Assembly (NCBI GenBank): GCA_049509875.1
Contig: JBEKZM010000008.1
Span: 42,125-106,124, forward strand
DNA length: 64,000 nucleotides
From: Verrucomicrobiota bacterium
GTDB lineage: Bacteria > Verrucomicrobiota > Verrucomicrobiia > Limisphaerales > UBA11358
Reading direction: 5' to 3'
Below, one piece after another: positions 51,710-61,066 of the stretch (positions are counted from its first letter, which is position 1; each line of letters starts with the position of its first letter). The position numbers and the translations under genes are program-made. The notes under the pieces were generated by a model. That model was not told where the DNA came from. It worked only from the letters and a program-made list of their open reading frames with translations, and ran no database searches.

Positions 51710-53170
51710 ATGCCCACTCATCATCTCGCCTGCGACTTGGGCGCTGACAGCGGCCGGCTCATCCTCGGCGTGCTCGACGGCGGTAAAATAACGCTGGAGG
51801 AAATACACCGATTCCCGACCGGCGCGACCAAGGTGGCCGGCGCATTGCATTGGGAGTGGGACCGGCTGGTGAACGAATTGAAGACGGGCATGAAAAAGGC
51901 CGCCGAACGGCAGCTGCCGATTGCCAGCATCAGCTGCGATTCCTGGGGTGTGGACTATGTGATTTACGATGAACGCGGCCTGCCGATGCTGCCGGTATGG
52001 TGCTATCGCGATTCCCGGACGGCGCAGGGGGTGGAAATCGTGAAGGAAAAGATGGAGTGGCCGGTGATCTATGCGGCGACGGGCATTCAGTTCATGGCGC
52101 TCAATACGATTTACCAGATTGTGACCGAACCCCCGGAACGGCTGGCCCGGGCCAAGCAGGTTTTGCTGATCGGCGACGCGTTCAACTTCTTTTGTTCCGG
52201 CGTGGCGCGCAACGAGGTTTCCCTGGCCAGCACCACGCAATTGTATAATCCCGTCTATAATCGCTGGTCCAAGAGATTGTTCACCGCGCTCGGCCTGCGG
52301 GAAAATTTGTTCGCGCCGCTCTGTCCGAGCGGGACGCGGCTGGGCCCGTTGAAGAAGAACCTGGCCCTGGAAACCGGGCTCCCGCAAATCGAGGTCATTG
52401 CCTCCTGCTCGCACGATACGGGCGCGGCCGTGGCGGCGGTGCCCGGCGAAGGTGAAAACTGGGCCTACCTGAGCTCCGGGACGTGGTCCCTGCTGGGCGT
52501 TGAGCGTCCGAACCCGGTGATCAACGACGAGAGCCGCGGCCTCGGTTTCACCAACGAAATCGGTTTTGGGAATTCAGTGCGGCTCCTGAAAAACATCATC
52601 GGCCTGTGGCTGATTCAGGAATCCCGCCGGCATTGGGCCAAAAAGGGCATCAGGCTCGAGTTCACCGACCTCGAGAAAATGGCGGTCGCCGCTCCGCCGT
52701 TCGTTTCGCTGATCAACCCGGACGATCCCCGTTTCCTGAGCCCGGATGACATGCCCGGAAAGATCGCCGAATTCTGCCGCGAAACCGGCCAGCCCGCGCC
52801 GGCGGACATCGGCGCGTGCGTCCGCTGCATTTACGAAAGCCTGGCTCTGCTTTATCGCGTGGTGTTGCGGCGCACGGAGCGGCTGGTGGGCCGGAAGATC
52901 GAGCGGCTGCACGTCGTGGGCGGCGGCAGCAAGGATGCCACGTTGAACCAATTCACCGCCAACGCGGTGAAGATACCCGTGCTGGCCGGGCCGACGGAGT
53001 GTGCGGCGCTGGGCAACATCCTGGTGCAGGCCATTGCGCTGGGTGAACTCGAATCGCTGGGAGAGGCGCGCGAAGTGGTGCGCAACTCCTTTGAATTGAA
53101 AACCTTCTTCCCCCAGGACGCCGCCCAATGGGACGCGGCGGCAGCGCGGTTTGAGAAGTTATTGAGCTGA
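51710..53170 (+). CDS. rhaB: Rhamnulokinase (FGGY carbohydrate kinase family)
   Basis: ACDLGADSGRLILG...EIHRFP...SCDSWGVDYVIYDERG...CYRDSRT...TGIQFMALNTIYQI matches the RhaB pattern by eye. Confidence 0.75.
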   Translation: MPTHHLACDLGADSGRLILGVLDGGKITLEEIHRFPTGATKVAGALHWEWDRLVNELKTGMKKAAERQLPIASISCDSWGVDYVIYDERGLPMLPVWCYRDSRTAQGVEIVKEKMEWPVIYAATGIQFMALNTIYQIVTEPPERLARAKQVLLIGDAFNFFCSGVARNEVSLASTTQLYNPVYNRWSKRLFTALGLRENLFAPLCPSGTRLGPLKKNLALETGLPQIEVIASCSHDTGAAVAAVPGEGENWAYLSSGTWSLLGVERPNPVINDESRGLGFTNEIGFGNSVRLLKNIIGLWLIQESRRHWAKKGIRLEFTDLEKMAVAAPPFVSLINPDDPRFLSPDDMPGKIAEFCRETGQPAPADIGACVRCIYESLALLYRVVLRRTERLVGRKIERLHVVGGGSKDATLNQFTANAVKIPVLAGPTECAALGNILVQAIALGELESLGEAREVVRNSFELKTFFPQDAAQWDAAAARFEKLLS

Positions 53171-53308
53171 GCCTGACTTCGTTTGACAGCCAACCCGGCC
53201 CGTCGTCAGGGAGCTGCAGCCGGGCGGAGGGCCGCGCTCCCCGCTTCGAGAACACGTGATCGAGTCACGAATTTTTTCCTTCCCGGCAAAGGCTGGGGTC
53301 GGGAATAC

Positions 53309-53417
53309 TCCAAACAATGTGCGCGTTGAACCCTTTAACCGACAACGCCAGAATTTGCCCGGACGCTGGGAGCGTTTCTCCCTGCTGGGGGAGAGGGCCG
53401 GGGTGAGGGCGGGCTTT
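53309..53417 (+). repeat. Intergenic repeat family R2, copy b
   Basis: ccaaacaatgtgcgcgttgaaccctttaaccgacaacgcca...tttctccctgctgggggagagggccggggtgagggcgggcttt aligns with 38917-39027. Confidence 0.85.
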
Positions 53418-53468
53418 CTTCTTACCCACCATCTTCGCCTCATCGAATGGTTTTTTCGCCGCTGACGA

Positions 53469-55367
53469 ATGATTTCTGAAAGATTTTTGAAAGAAATTGC
53501 ATTATGCTTACGAGCTGTAAGCAAAGGAGACGAAATTGCCATGAAGATCAATCTAGATCCTTTTGCGATCTGCCAGAATCGTAATATTTGCCAGCGCACG
53601 CGTGCATGGGGCCGGGCGGAACCCGTTGTCTGTCGTGTCCATCGTGAGTCTCAGCTACGCCAAAGCCTTGGTATTAAAGGACTCGCGAGCCGCATTTTCA
53701 TTTTCTGCGTCTGCCTGGCGTCGGCAGCCCTCGCCGAACCATTCGCGCTCGTTTCCGTGCGGGACGTTTCACTGGCGCCGCCCTCCCCCGGCAATGGCGA
53801 TTCATGGGCACCCATCCTTACGCCGGACGGCCGCTACGTCCTGTTCGCCAGCGCGGCCGACAATCTCGTTGCGGTTAACGGCAGCAATTCCCGGCCGAAC
53901 CACATCTCCCAAAAGTTGAATGTGTTCCTGCGCGACCGTACCAATGGCATCACCACGCTGGTCAGTGCGAACCTGTCCGGCACCGGCGGGGGCGATGGCG
54001 ACTCCATGCCCACCGCGATTTCCGATGACGGACACTATGCTCTGTTCGAGAGCGGCGCGGACGATCTCGTACCCGGCGATACGAATGGATTGAACGATGT
54101 GTTCCTCCGCGATGTCTGGAGCAACCGCACGGTCCTGATCAGCATTAGCACCAACGGCGGGGTGGGCAATGGCGTTTCGCGTGGGTCAACCATGACTCCG
54201 GACGGCCGCTGGATTGCCTTCACGAGCGCCGCCAGCAATCTGGTCGCCCGCGACACCAACGGCATTCCGGACGTGTTTGTGCGGGACTGGCAAAACGAAG
54301 TGACGACGCTGGCGAGCGTGGGCGCAATGCCGGCCTCCTTCTATAATCCAATCGGCTCCGAGTCGTCGGAACTCAGCGACGACGGCCGTTACGCGGCGTT
54401 CTACTCGGTTGCGACCAATCTGATTCCTGGGGTGACCAACCGCGGGGAGATCTACATCCGTGACCTGGTGGCGGCGACCACCACGCTGGCGAGCGCGGGC
54501 GCGCATAATCTGCTGGGCGCCACCGCCGTCTCATTCAATCATTCATTGAGCGCCGACGGAGAAATCGTGGCTTATGAAGCTTGCACAAATTCGCCCGTGA
54601 ATTCCGGGGTTTACGCGGGAATCGTGCTGCGTTTCAGCCTGGCCTCGGGGTTGACAGATATCGTCTGCACCAATGCCTTTGCGCCGGCAGCCAACCTGGA
54701 AGATTTTCATGACTTGAGCATGACGCCGGACGCAAGGTTCATCGCTTTCATCGCCAATAAGAACGCCGGCCTTAACACCGACGTCTTGCTGTGGGACGCC
54801 GACTCCGGAGTCAGCACCCTGGTGAGTGGCGATCTGGCCGGAGCGGTGCCGACCAACACGATCTGCGATTGGACGGCACTGGACCCGACCGGGCGCTTCG
54901 TGACGTTTCTCAGCAACGCCCTAGGGCTGGTCACCAATTCGCTGAGGCGCGACTTCCATTTGTACCTCACGGACATGCAGGCCGGGGCGACAACGCTGTT
55001 GGACGCCGACACCAATGAAATCGGAGTGGGAGTCGATGCGGCAACGGTTCCCCAAATGACCACGAACGCCACGCTGTTCGCTTTTGAAGCGCCGGACGCC
55101 AGCCTGGTGCCGGACGATAACAACCATGCCTTCGACTTGTTTTTGCGGCATGCGGACGCCGGCACTAATGAGCTGATTTCGCTCCGCGACCCAGCCTTCC
55201 CATCCGCCACCCCCAACGGGGCCAGCGCTCTGGCGGGCTCTTCGTCCAGCACGGATGGCCGGTGGCTGGCTTTCTCCAGCGAGGCCGACAACTTGGTCCC
55301 GGGTGACACGAACGGGTTCGCGACGTCTTTGTTCGCGATCAGTTGGACGGCACCAACCTGCTGGTGA
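53469..55367 (+). CDS. Giant PD40/TolB-type beta-propeller repeat protein, 5' segment (frame broken near 55318)
   Basis: Many repeats of the unit DGRxxxFxSxAxNLVxxDTNGxxDVFxRD. Hydrophobic leader LASRIFIFCVCLASAALA. Start uncertain (ATG at 53469 or 53541). Confidence 0.8.
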   Translation: MISERFLKEIALCLRAVSKGDEIAMKINLDPFAICQNRNICQRTRAWGRAEPVVCRVHRESQLRQSLGIKGLASRIFIFCVCLASAALAEPFALVSVRDVSLAPPSPGNGDSWAPILTPDGRYVLFASAADNLVAVNGSNSRPNHISQKLNVFLRDRTNGITTLVSANLSGTGGGDGDSMPTAISDDGHYALFESGADDLVPGDTNGLNDVFLRDVWSNRTVLISISTNGGVGNGVSRGSTMTPDGRWIAFTSAASNLVARDTNGIPDVFVRDWQNEVTTLASVGAMPASFYNPIGSESSELSDDGRYAAFYSVATNLIPGVTNRGEIYIRDLVAATTTLASAGAHNLLGATAVSFNHSLSADGEIVAYEACTNSPVNSGVYAGIVLRFSLASGLTDIVCTNAFAPAANLEDFHDLSMTPDARFIAFIANKNAGLNTDVLLWDADSGVSTLVSGDLAGAVPTNTICDWTALDPTGRFVTFLSNALGLVTNSLRRDFHLYLTDMQAGATTLLDADTNEIGVGVDAATVPQMTTNATLFAFEAPDASLVPDDNNHAFDLFLRHADAGTNELISLRDPAFPSATPNGASALAGSSSSTDGRWLAFSSEADNLVPGDTNGFATSLFAISWTAPTCW

Positions 55368-56686
55368 GCGTCAGCACCAATGGCGGACCCGCCGACGGCA
55401 TCTCGAGCCAGCCGGCCATGAGTGCCGATGGTCGTTTCGTCGTCTTTACGAGCGCCGCTGACAACCTCGTTCCGGGTGACGCGAACAATGCAGCGGATGT
55501 GTTTATGCGCAGCCTTCCCGACGGTCCCACGGTGCTGGTGAGCGTCAGTGCCGGGGGTTTGGGTCCCGGCAACGGCCCGTCCGGCGCTGCCCTGATTAGC
55601 TCCAACGGCAACTATGTGCTCTTCAATAGCCAGGCTACCGATCTGACCGGCGACAGCTTCGGTTCCGAAACCACCAACCTTTTCCTCCGTGACCTGGGGG
55701 CTGGCATGACTTACGCGCTGACCACCGGCGGCGTCAACTCCGCTTCCATGACGCCGGATGGACGACTAATCGCCTTCACCGATTTAGCGGGCGCGTCGGA
55801 AGGGAAAATCTATATCTGGGATTCGCAAGCCGCCGCTCGAATCAGTACAAATAGTATTTCCCTTTGGATTTCGGCTATTTCACTTAGTGCCGATGGAAAC
55901 AAGATCGTTTGTCTCGCAGGCACAAATTCCACCACACCGACCAAGGTGGGTTTTGTGGACCGGCTCACGGGTACCAATGCCCTGATCAGTTCGGGCTACG
56001 GCAGCGGCTCCCGAGTCGGCTTGCGGTTCAATGCGAATGGCCAATTTCTGGCCTATGCCGCCGCACCGTCAGCCTTCGGCACCAATCAAATTTATGTTTA
56101 CGATTTCCAAACCCATGTCGAGACCCTCGTCAGCACGGCGTTCGGCTTGACCAGCGGCGCAAACGCAAGTTCCGATTCGCCGGACATTAGCGCGGACGGA
56201 CGCTACATCGCATTCCGCAGTTTTGCCACCAACCTTATGCCCGGCGGGGACAGCAACAACGTTCCGGACGTGTTTCTTTATGACCGTGTCAGCCGCACGT
56301 CAACGTTGCTTTCGGGGAGCGGGCTTACTGGCGGACCGGCGGACAATCGGTCCCGCACGCCGGTGTTCAGTCCGAACGGACATACGTTGTTTTTCCAAAG
56401 CTGGGCTCCCGACCTAGTGCCGCTGGATTTCAATCAAAGCGGCGATGTGCTGGCGCTGGCGTTCCTTTATGTCTCAATCATTCCGGCCGGGACACCCGGC
56501 GTGGGGCCGACGCTGACCTGGCCGAACCGGCCCGGTGAAACTTACCAGGTCCAATACAAGAATGCCTTGAGCGAGCCGGCCTGGCAGGCGGTCAGCGGCA
56601 ACGTGACCATCACCGGCAACCAGGCCAGCCTTACCGACCTGGCGCCCTCCAGCGGAGTTCGGTTTTATCGGGTGGTGGCATTCTAA
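55343..56686 (+). CDS. Giant PD40/TolB-type beta-propeller repeat protein, 3' segment
   Basis: Same repeat unit continues (SADGRFVVFTSAADNLVPGDANNAADVFMRS...). This frame is open upstream of 55343 back to ~55318, where it reads RDVFVRDQLDGTNLLVSVS. Confidence 0.8.
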   Translation: MDGTNLLVSVSTNGGPADGISSQPAMSADGRFVVFTSAADNLVPGDANNAADVFMRSLPDGPTVLVSVSAGGLGPGNGPSGAALISSNGNYVLFNSQATDLTGDSFGSETTNLFLRDLGAGMTYALTTGGVNSASMTPDGRLIAFTDLAGASEGKIYIWDSQAAARISTNSISLWISAISLSADGNKIVCLAGTNSTTPTKVGFVDRLTGTNALISSGYGSGSRVGLRFNANGQFLAYAAAPSAFGTNQIYVYDFQTHVETLVSTAFGLTSGANASSDSPDISADGRYIAFRSFATNLMPGGDSNNVPDVFLYDRVSRTSTLLSGSGLTGGPADNRSRTPVFSPNGHTLFFQSWAPDLVPLDFNQSGDVLALAFLYVSIIPAGTPGVGPTLTWPNRPGETYQVQYKNALSEPAWQAVSGNVTITGNQASLTDLAPSSGVRFYRVVAF

Positions 56687-56701
56687 CGAAAGGATCCGAT
56701 T

Positions 56702-57697
56702 ATGAAGACACGACGAACTATCCCAGCAAACGGGCTGGATCTTTCACAAGATCAAGCAAAGTGTGTGAACTGGACGGCCGGCTTGCCGCGTTGCTTTGTT
56801 CAAACTCTAGCCCGCGCGCGAGGCGGACCGCTGTTCGCCGGCACGGCCGCCTTCACGCAGGTGGATCTGTTGGCGGTGCTGATCATGCTCGCCGTTGTGT
56901 TCGTGGTGCTGTTGCCGGCCCTGGCCACGCCCTGGCTGAACCCAAAGAGCTTTCAATGCCTCAACAATCATCGCCAGATGTGCAATGCCTGGCGCGTATA
57001 TGCCGACGACAACCGCGACCGGATCGTTTACGCCTCCACCGGCACCGAGGCTCTTCGCGGCCAACCGAGCATCCCGATGGACACCATCAACCCAAACAAC
57101 CCGAATAACTTTGCCTGGACGGGTGCCCATATGGATTTCAGTGCGGACAATCTTGCGGATTGGGATACTAATTTCGATATGGTGCTGCGCCCGCTCTGGC
57201 CTTACACCGCGAGTAACGCATCTATTTACAAATGCCCCACCGATCAGTCATATGTCGTTTTCAATGGCAAAGCTTACCCTCGTATTCAGAGCATATCGAT
57301 GAACCTCTATTTGGGTGGCTTTACGGGGACGGATGGGGGATGGGCCTTCGCCGACGCCTTTCAGATTTTCTTCAAGACCACTGATTTAACCGCGCCCGGC
57401 CCGGCGAAGACATTCGTCTTTATGGATGGCCGGCCGGATTGCCTCAATTGGGGCAACTTTATGACCGATATGACCGGGTATTCTCCGTCCAATCCCGCCT
57501 CATTCAGCATCGCAGATTGGCCCGGGTATTATCACGACGGCGGAGCAGGCTTGTCTTTCGCCGACGGTCACACCGAAATTCACCGGTGGACCGACCCACG
57601 TACCACGCCGGTCAATATTAGTTTGGATAGCGAAACGGCTTCGCCAAACAATCCGGATGTAGCCTGGCTGCAAAATCATTCCACCCGGCCTAAATGA
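56702..57697 (+). CDS. Prepilin-type N-terminal domain / H-X9-DG (DUF1559-like) protein
   Basis: Pilin-like hydrophobic helix FTQVDLLAVLIMLAVVFVVLLPALA and a C-terminal H-X9-DG-type motif YYHDGGAGLSFADGHTEIHRW. Confidence 0.8.
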   Translation: MKTRRTIPANGLDLSQDQAKCVNWTAGLPRCFVQTLARARGGPLFAGTAAFTQVDLLAVLIMLAVVFVVLLPALATPWLNPKSFQCLNNHRQMCNAWRVYADDNRDRIVYASTGTEALRGQPSIPMDTINPNNPNNFAWTGAHMDFSADNLADWDTNFDMVLRPLWPYTASNASIYKCPTDQSYVVFNGKAYPRIQSISMNLYLGGFTGTDGGWAFADAFQIFFKTTDLTAPGPAKTFVFMDGRPDCLNWGNFMTDMTGYSPSNPASFSIADWPGYYHDGGAGLSFADGHTEIHRWTDPRTTPVNISLDSETASPNNPDVAWLQNHSTRPK

Positions 57698-57747
57698 GCC
57701 GCTCGCGGCGTGATAACGGATTTTGCACGCGGCCGGCCGCGCGCCAC

Positions 57748-57995
57748 GGTATCGGAACGCGGGTCTGCGCCCCACAGCATTATTGACAGTCGAAACGCGT
57801 GTGACGTCGATGGCCGCAGTAAGAATTCATAAGTTGCCGCGGCTCACAGCCGCGCTCCGCACGGAGCGCGAGTCTGTGACTTGCAGCAGCGTTGCCCGCC
57901 AGAAGGTTTACGAATTGCGCCGGAGATCTTGAATTTCCACATTGTTGCGGCTCACAGAGCCGCGCTGCGTGGGCAATGTTAAGATGTGCCCCCCC
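57748..57995 (+). repeat. Palindromic intergenic repeat, family R1, copy b (extended, with a second B module)
   Basis: cgcgggtctgcgcccc..attattgacagtcgaaacgcgtg..gaattcataagttgccgcggctcacagccgcgctccgcacggagcgcgagtctgtgact..ggtttacgaattgc..gaatttccacattgttgcggctcacagagccgcgctgc..gtgccccccc. The 41-mer at 57841-57881 is identical to 62559-62599. Confidence 0.9.
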
Positions 57996-58099
57996 GCCCG
58001 TGAAGGGGCGGGCTTGATTTCACTCGCAAAGAGCGTGGCGATGCCACAAATTGATCACAGATGCGATCCGGCGCCACCCGCCGGATTCAAACTCAAGAC

Positions 58100-59482
58100 A
58101 TGCTTTGGTGGAAGTATCAGCAATTGCGCATGGGCAACGCGAAGAGCCGGCTGGCGGTCGTCGAGCAGTTGGCCATTACCAGCGACGACGGCGCGGTCGG
58201 CCCGCTGATCTTTGCCCTCAAGGACAAGGAGCCCAACATCCGTTCCGCTGCGGCCAAGGCACTGATGCGCTTCCAAGACCGGCGCGCGGTGGAGCCCCTG
58301 GTCAAGATGCTGCGCGACACGGCGCCGGTGGCGAGGGCGGCGGCGGCTGAGACCTTGGGGCACCTCGGGGATCCGGTGGCCGTGAACCATCTGGTCGGTT
58401 TTCTCCGCGACGCGGATCCGGTGGTGCGCACGATTGCCGCCCGCAGCCTGGAACGGCTGGGCTGGAAACCGGGGACAGATTCGCACCGGGTGCTGCAGAT
58501 TCTGGCCATGGGCAATCTGCATCAATTGGTGGCACTGGGGCCCGAGGGCGTGACGCCGCTGCTGGACCTGCTGCGCAATGGCGCGCCGAACAAACAGTTT
58601 GCGGCCGCAAAGGCCCTGGGCGAAATCAACGATCCCCGCGTGCGTCCGGCCATGATCGAGGCCCTGCGCAAGCCCAGTCCGGCGGTGCGGATTGCGGCCC
58701 TGGGCACGCTCGAAAGGCTGGCCGAGCCGACGGCTTTCAGCGAGGTGGAAAAGCTGCTGCTGGATGGGAACCCGAGCGTGCGCGGCGCGGCCGTGGAAGC
58801 GGCCAGCCGCTGCGGCGGCACCCGGGCCGTTCCGGCCCTGCTCAGGTGCTTGAAGGATTCCTCCTGGGAAGTGAGGCAGGCGGCCGCCAATGCGCTGGGC
58901 TACTTGGGCGAGCGTTCGGCTGTGGACGGGCTGTGCGGGCTGATTGGCGACCCGGACCGCGACGTGCGGGAGAGCGTGATCAATGCGCTGGCCCAAATCG
59001 CCGACCGGCGCGCGATCGTCCCATTGGTGCTGGCGCTGCTGGACGCCGAATCAACCGTGCGCAGCGCAGCCACCGCCACGCTCCAGAAACTGGACCGCCG
59101 GTGGGCGGACAATGAAGACATCCGGAAAGTGGCGCCGAAGATCGCTCAAGCCCTGAAGCACCCCGATTATTGGGTGCGATTCAGCGCTGGAAAATTATTG
59201 GAACAGCTCAAGATCGACCCGAAGAACTTGCCGGAACCAACCTCGGCGGCTTCCGCGCCGCCACACATGACCGCCGAATCGGCGGCGGCGAATCCCGCCG
59301 TGGAAGTGCTGGCGGATCTGCTGTTCGACCGCGACCGGGATTTGCGATTGGCGGCGGCCGGAGCCTTGGGCCGGCTGCGGGACCACAGCGCGGCATCCCT
59401 CTTGACCGCCGCCCTGCGGGATGCGGATTTTTCGGTACGGGCGTCCGCCCAGGCCGCTTTGGCGGCGCTGGCGGCGCCTTAA
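58100..59482 (+). CDS. HEAT-repeat (PBS-lyase-type) protein
   Basis: More than ten tandem units of the form D.d..VR..Aa.aLg.lgd.rAv.pL. Start trimmed to the ATG at 58100 (MLWWKYQQLRMG...). Confidence 0.8.
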   Translation: MLWWKYQQLRMGNAKSRLAVVEQLAITSDDGAVGPLIFALKDKEPNIRSAAAKALMRFQDRRAVEPLVKMLRDTAPVARAAAAETLGHLGDPVAVNHLVGFLRDADPVVRTIAARSLERLGWKPGTDSHRVLQILAMGNLHQLVALGPEGVTPLLDLLRNGAPNKQFAAAKALGEINDPRVRPAMIEALRKPSPAVRIAALGTLERLAEPTAFSEVEKLLLDGNPSVRGAAVEAASRCGGTRAVPALLRCLKDSSWEVRQAAANALGYLGERSAVDGLCGLIGDPDRDVRESVINALAQIADRRAIVPLVLALLDAESTVRSAATATLQKLDRRWADNEDIRKVAPKIAQALKHPDYWVRFSAGKLLEQLKIDPKNLPEPTSAASAPPHMTAESAAANPAVEVLADLLFDRDRDLRLAAAGALGRLRDHSAASLLTAALRDADFSVRASAQAALAALAAP

Positions 59483-59568
59483 ACAACTGCGAGCACTGCC
59501 TTAATTTGCCGTGGAGCGCGGGCTTCTGCCCGCTTCTACTCCCACTTGCGAGGCCACGCTCAAGGTGC

Positions 59569-60720
59569 ATGAATGCCGCGCTCCGCGAATCAAGGCACTC
59601 CCCAACCGCGAACAAATTTGATTTTCCAAGGGAATGCGGGCAATCTGCGGGTTGGCGGTCCAACTGTCGCCTGATTACTGTCGTGGCCAATTCGAAGCAA
59701 AGTTCAACTTCGCGGCAAGTCTTGTTCGTGGATGACGAGCCGGACTTCCTGCAGGTCGTCCGGGATACGATGGCCATGTTGAGCGGGCCCCGCTGGAAAA
59801 TTTATTGCGCCGCGTCGGCGGATGCCGCGCTGGATTTGATCAAGCAGCACAAGCTGGACCTGGTGGTGGTGGATACGAGCATGCCGGTGCTGGATGGCAT
59901 CCAGTTCCTGAGTTTGCTGGGAAAACGCTTTCCCGAATTGAAGAAGGTCTCGCTCACCGCTTTTGCCACGGAGGAAAAACGCACGGCCTGCCTGGCGGCC
60001 GGCGCGGAGTTGTTCATTGAAAAGCCGCACTCGGCCGAGGGCTTTAAATCCGTCTTTGCCATGCTCGACGATTTGATGGGATGGGCGCCGCAGCAGGGAT
60101 TTCAAGGCATGTTGCGGCGGGTCGGTTTGCAAGATGTCATCCAAATGGAATGCCTGGGCCGCAATTCCTCGGTGCTCGAAGTTTACAACGAGCACGTCCT
60201 GGGCCGGATTTACATTGAAGAGGGCTGCATCATTCACGCGGCGGGCGGCGATTTGACTGGTGAACGCGCCTTGCAGCGGTTGCTGGCCCTGCCCGGCGGC
60301 TCGTTTGAACTCGTGCCATTCGAGCCGCCACCGCAAAAGAGCATTGCCGGGCCCTGGGAGTTCCTGCTCATGGAAGCCGCGCGCGTGCGGGATGAAATGG
60401 CGTCCCAATCCAGCCCCGGCGAGCCCGAAGTGGATCCGCGCACGCTGGCCGCACCCACCGCCACCACGGTGCGCGTGGTCGAGACCCTGGTTTGCTCCGG
60501 CATGGGCAAGGTTCTTTACGAGGCGGATTGCGCGGACGTGCCGGGACGCGTGCTGCTGCTGAAGAACATTGGCCGCCAGGCGGCGCACCTCGCGCAAATC
60601 ATCGCGCTGGGACATTTTGACCGGCTGGAACTTCAGCTACCCAACGGACGGGTCGTGGCCCAAGCCAGGCCGGACCGGCTGGTCTTTGTGGCGGTGGCGA
60701 ACACCAGCCCCGTTTCATGA
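59569..60720 (+). CDS. Response-regulator receiver + DUF4388 + C-terminal roadblock/LC7-like region
   Basis: REC: VLFVDDEPDF...LVVVDTSMPVLDG...VSLTAFA. DUF4388-like: GMLRRVGLQDVIQMECLGRNSSVLEVYNEHVLGRIYIEEGCIIHAAGGDLTGERALQRLL. Tail VVETLVCSGMGKVLYEAD...RLVFVAV. Start at the ATG at 59569 is provisional, because the track ORF start (59170) overlaps the HEAT gene. Confidence 0.75.
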   Translation: MNAALRESRHSPTANKFDFPRECGQSAGWRSNCRLITVVANSKQSSTSRQVLFVDDEPDFLQVVRDTMAMLSGPRWKIYCAASADAALDLIKQHKLDLVVVDTSMPVLDGIQFLSLLGKRFPELKKVSLTAFATEEKRTACLAAGAELFIEKPHSAEGFKSVFAMLDDLMGWAPQQGFQGMLRRVGLQDVIQMECLGRNSSVLEVYNEHVLGRIYIEEGCIIHAAGGDLTGERALQRLLALPGGSFELVPFEPPPQKSIAGPWEFLLMEAARVRDEMASQSSPGEPEVDPRTLAAPTATTVRVVETLVCSGMGKVLYEADCADVPGRVLLLKNIGRQAAHLAQIIALGHFDRLELQLPNGRVVAQARPDRLVFVAVANTSPVS

Positions 60721-61061
60721 CCGGATTCCAACAACAATGGCTGGTCCGGCGGGCGGCGCCGCCGGGAACGCTGGCCTGCGGCCTGCGCGGACCGGACGGG
60801 AAATCGATCTGCCACAGCCTGGAAGACCTCTGTCCGCCGGCCAGGATGGAGAGGATCCTGGTTCAATTTGACAGCCTGCGCTCGGCACTTTTCTCCGACC
60901 AGCTCGCGCCGCGCTGGAGCACCTGGGCTTTTGAGCAGGCGCAGATTCGATTTGTGAAACGGCCCGATGACTGGTTGCTGGGCCTGGTAGTCCGCGTGGA
61001 ATCCGATGCTGCCCTCAAGCTGGACGGGCTGTGCGAGGAATTCCTGACGCTGGAGCTTTGA
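60717..61061 (+). CDS. Small roadblock/LC7-like hypothetical protein (114 aa)
   Basis: ATGA overlap with the upstream REC-DUF4388 gene. The pattern GTLACGLRGPDGKSICHS...DWLLGLVVRVESD resembles roadblock domains by eye only. Confidence 0.55.
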   Translation: MTGFQQQWLVRRAAPPGTLACGLRGPDGKSICHSLEDLCPPARMERILVQFDSLRSALFSDQLAPRWSTWAFEQAQIRFVKRPDDWLLGLVVRVESDAALKLDGLCEEFLTLEL

Positions 61062-61066
61062 CGCCG

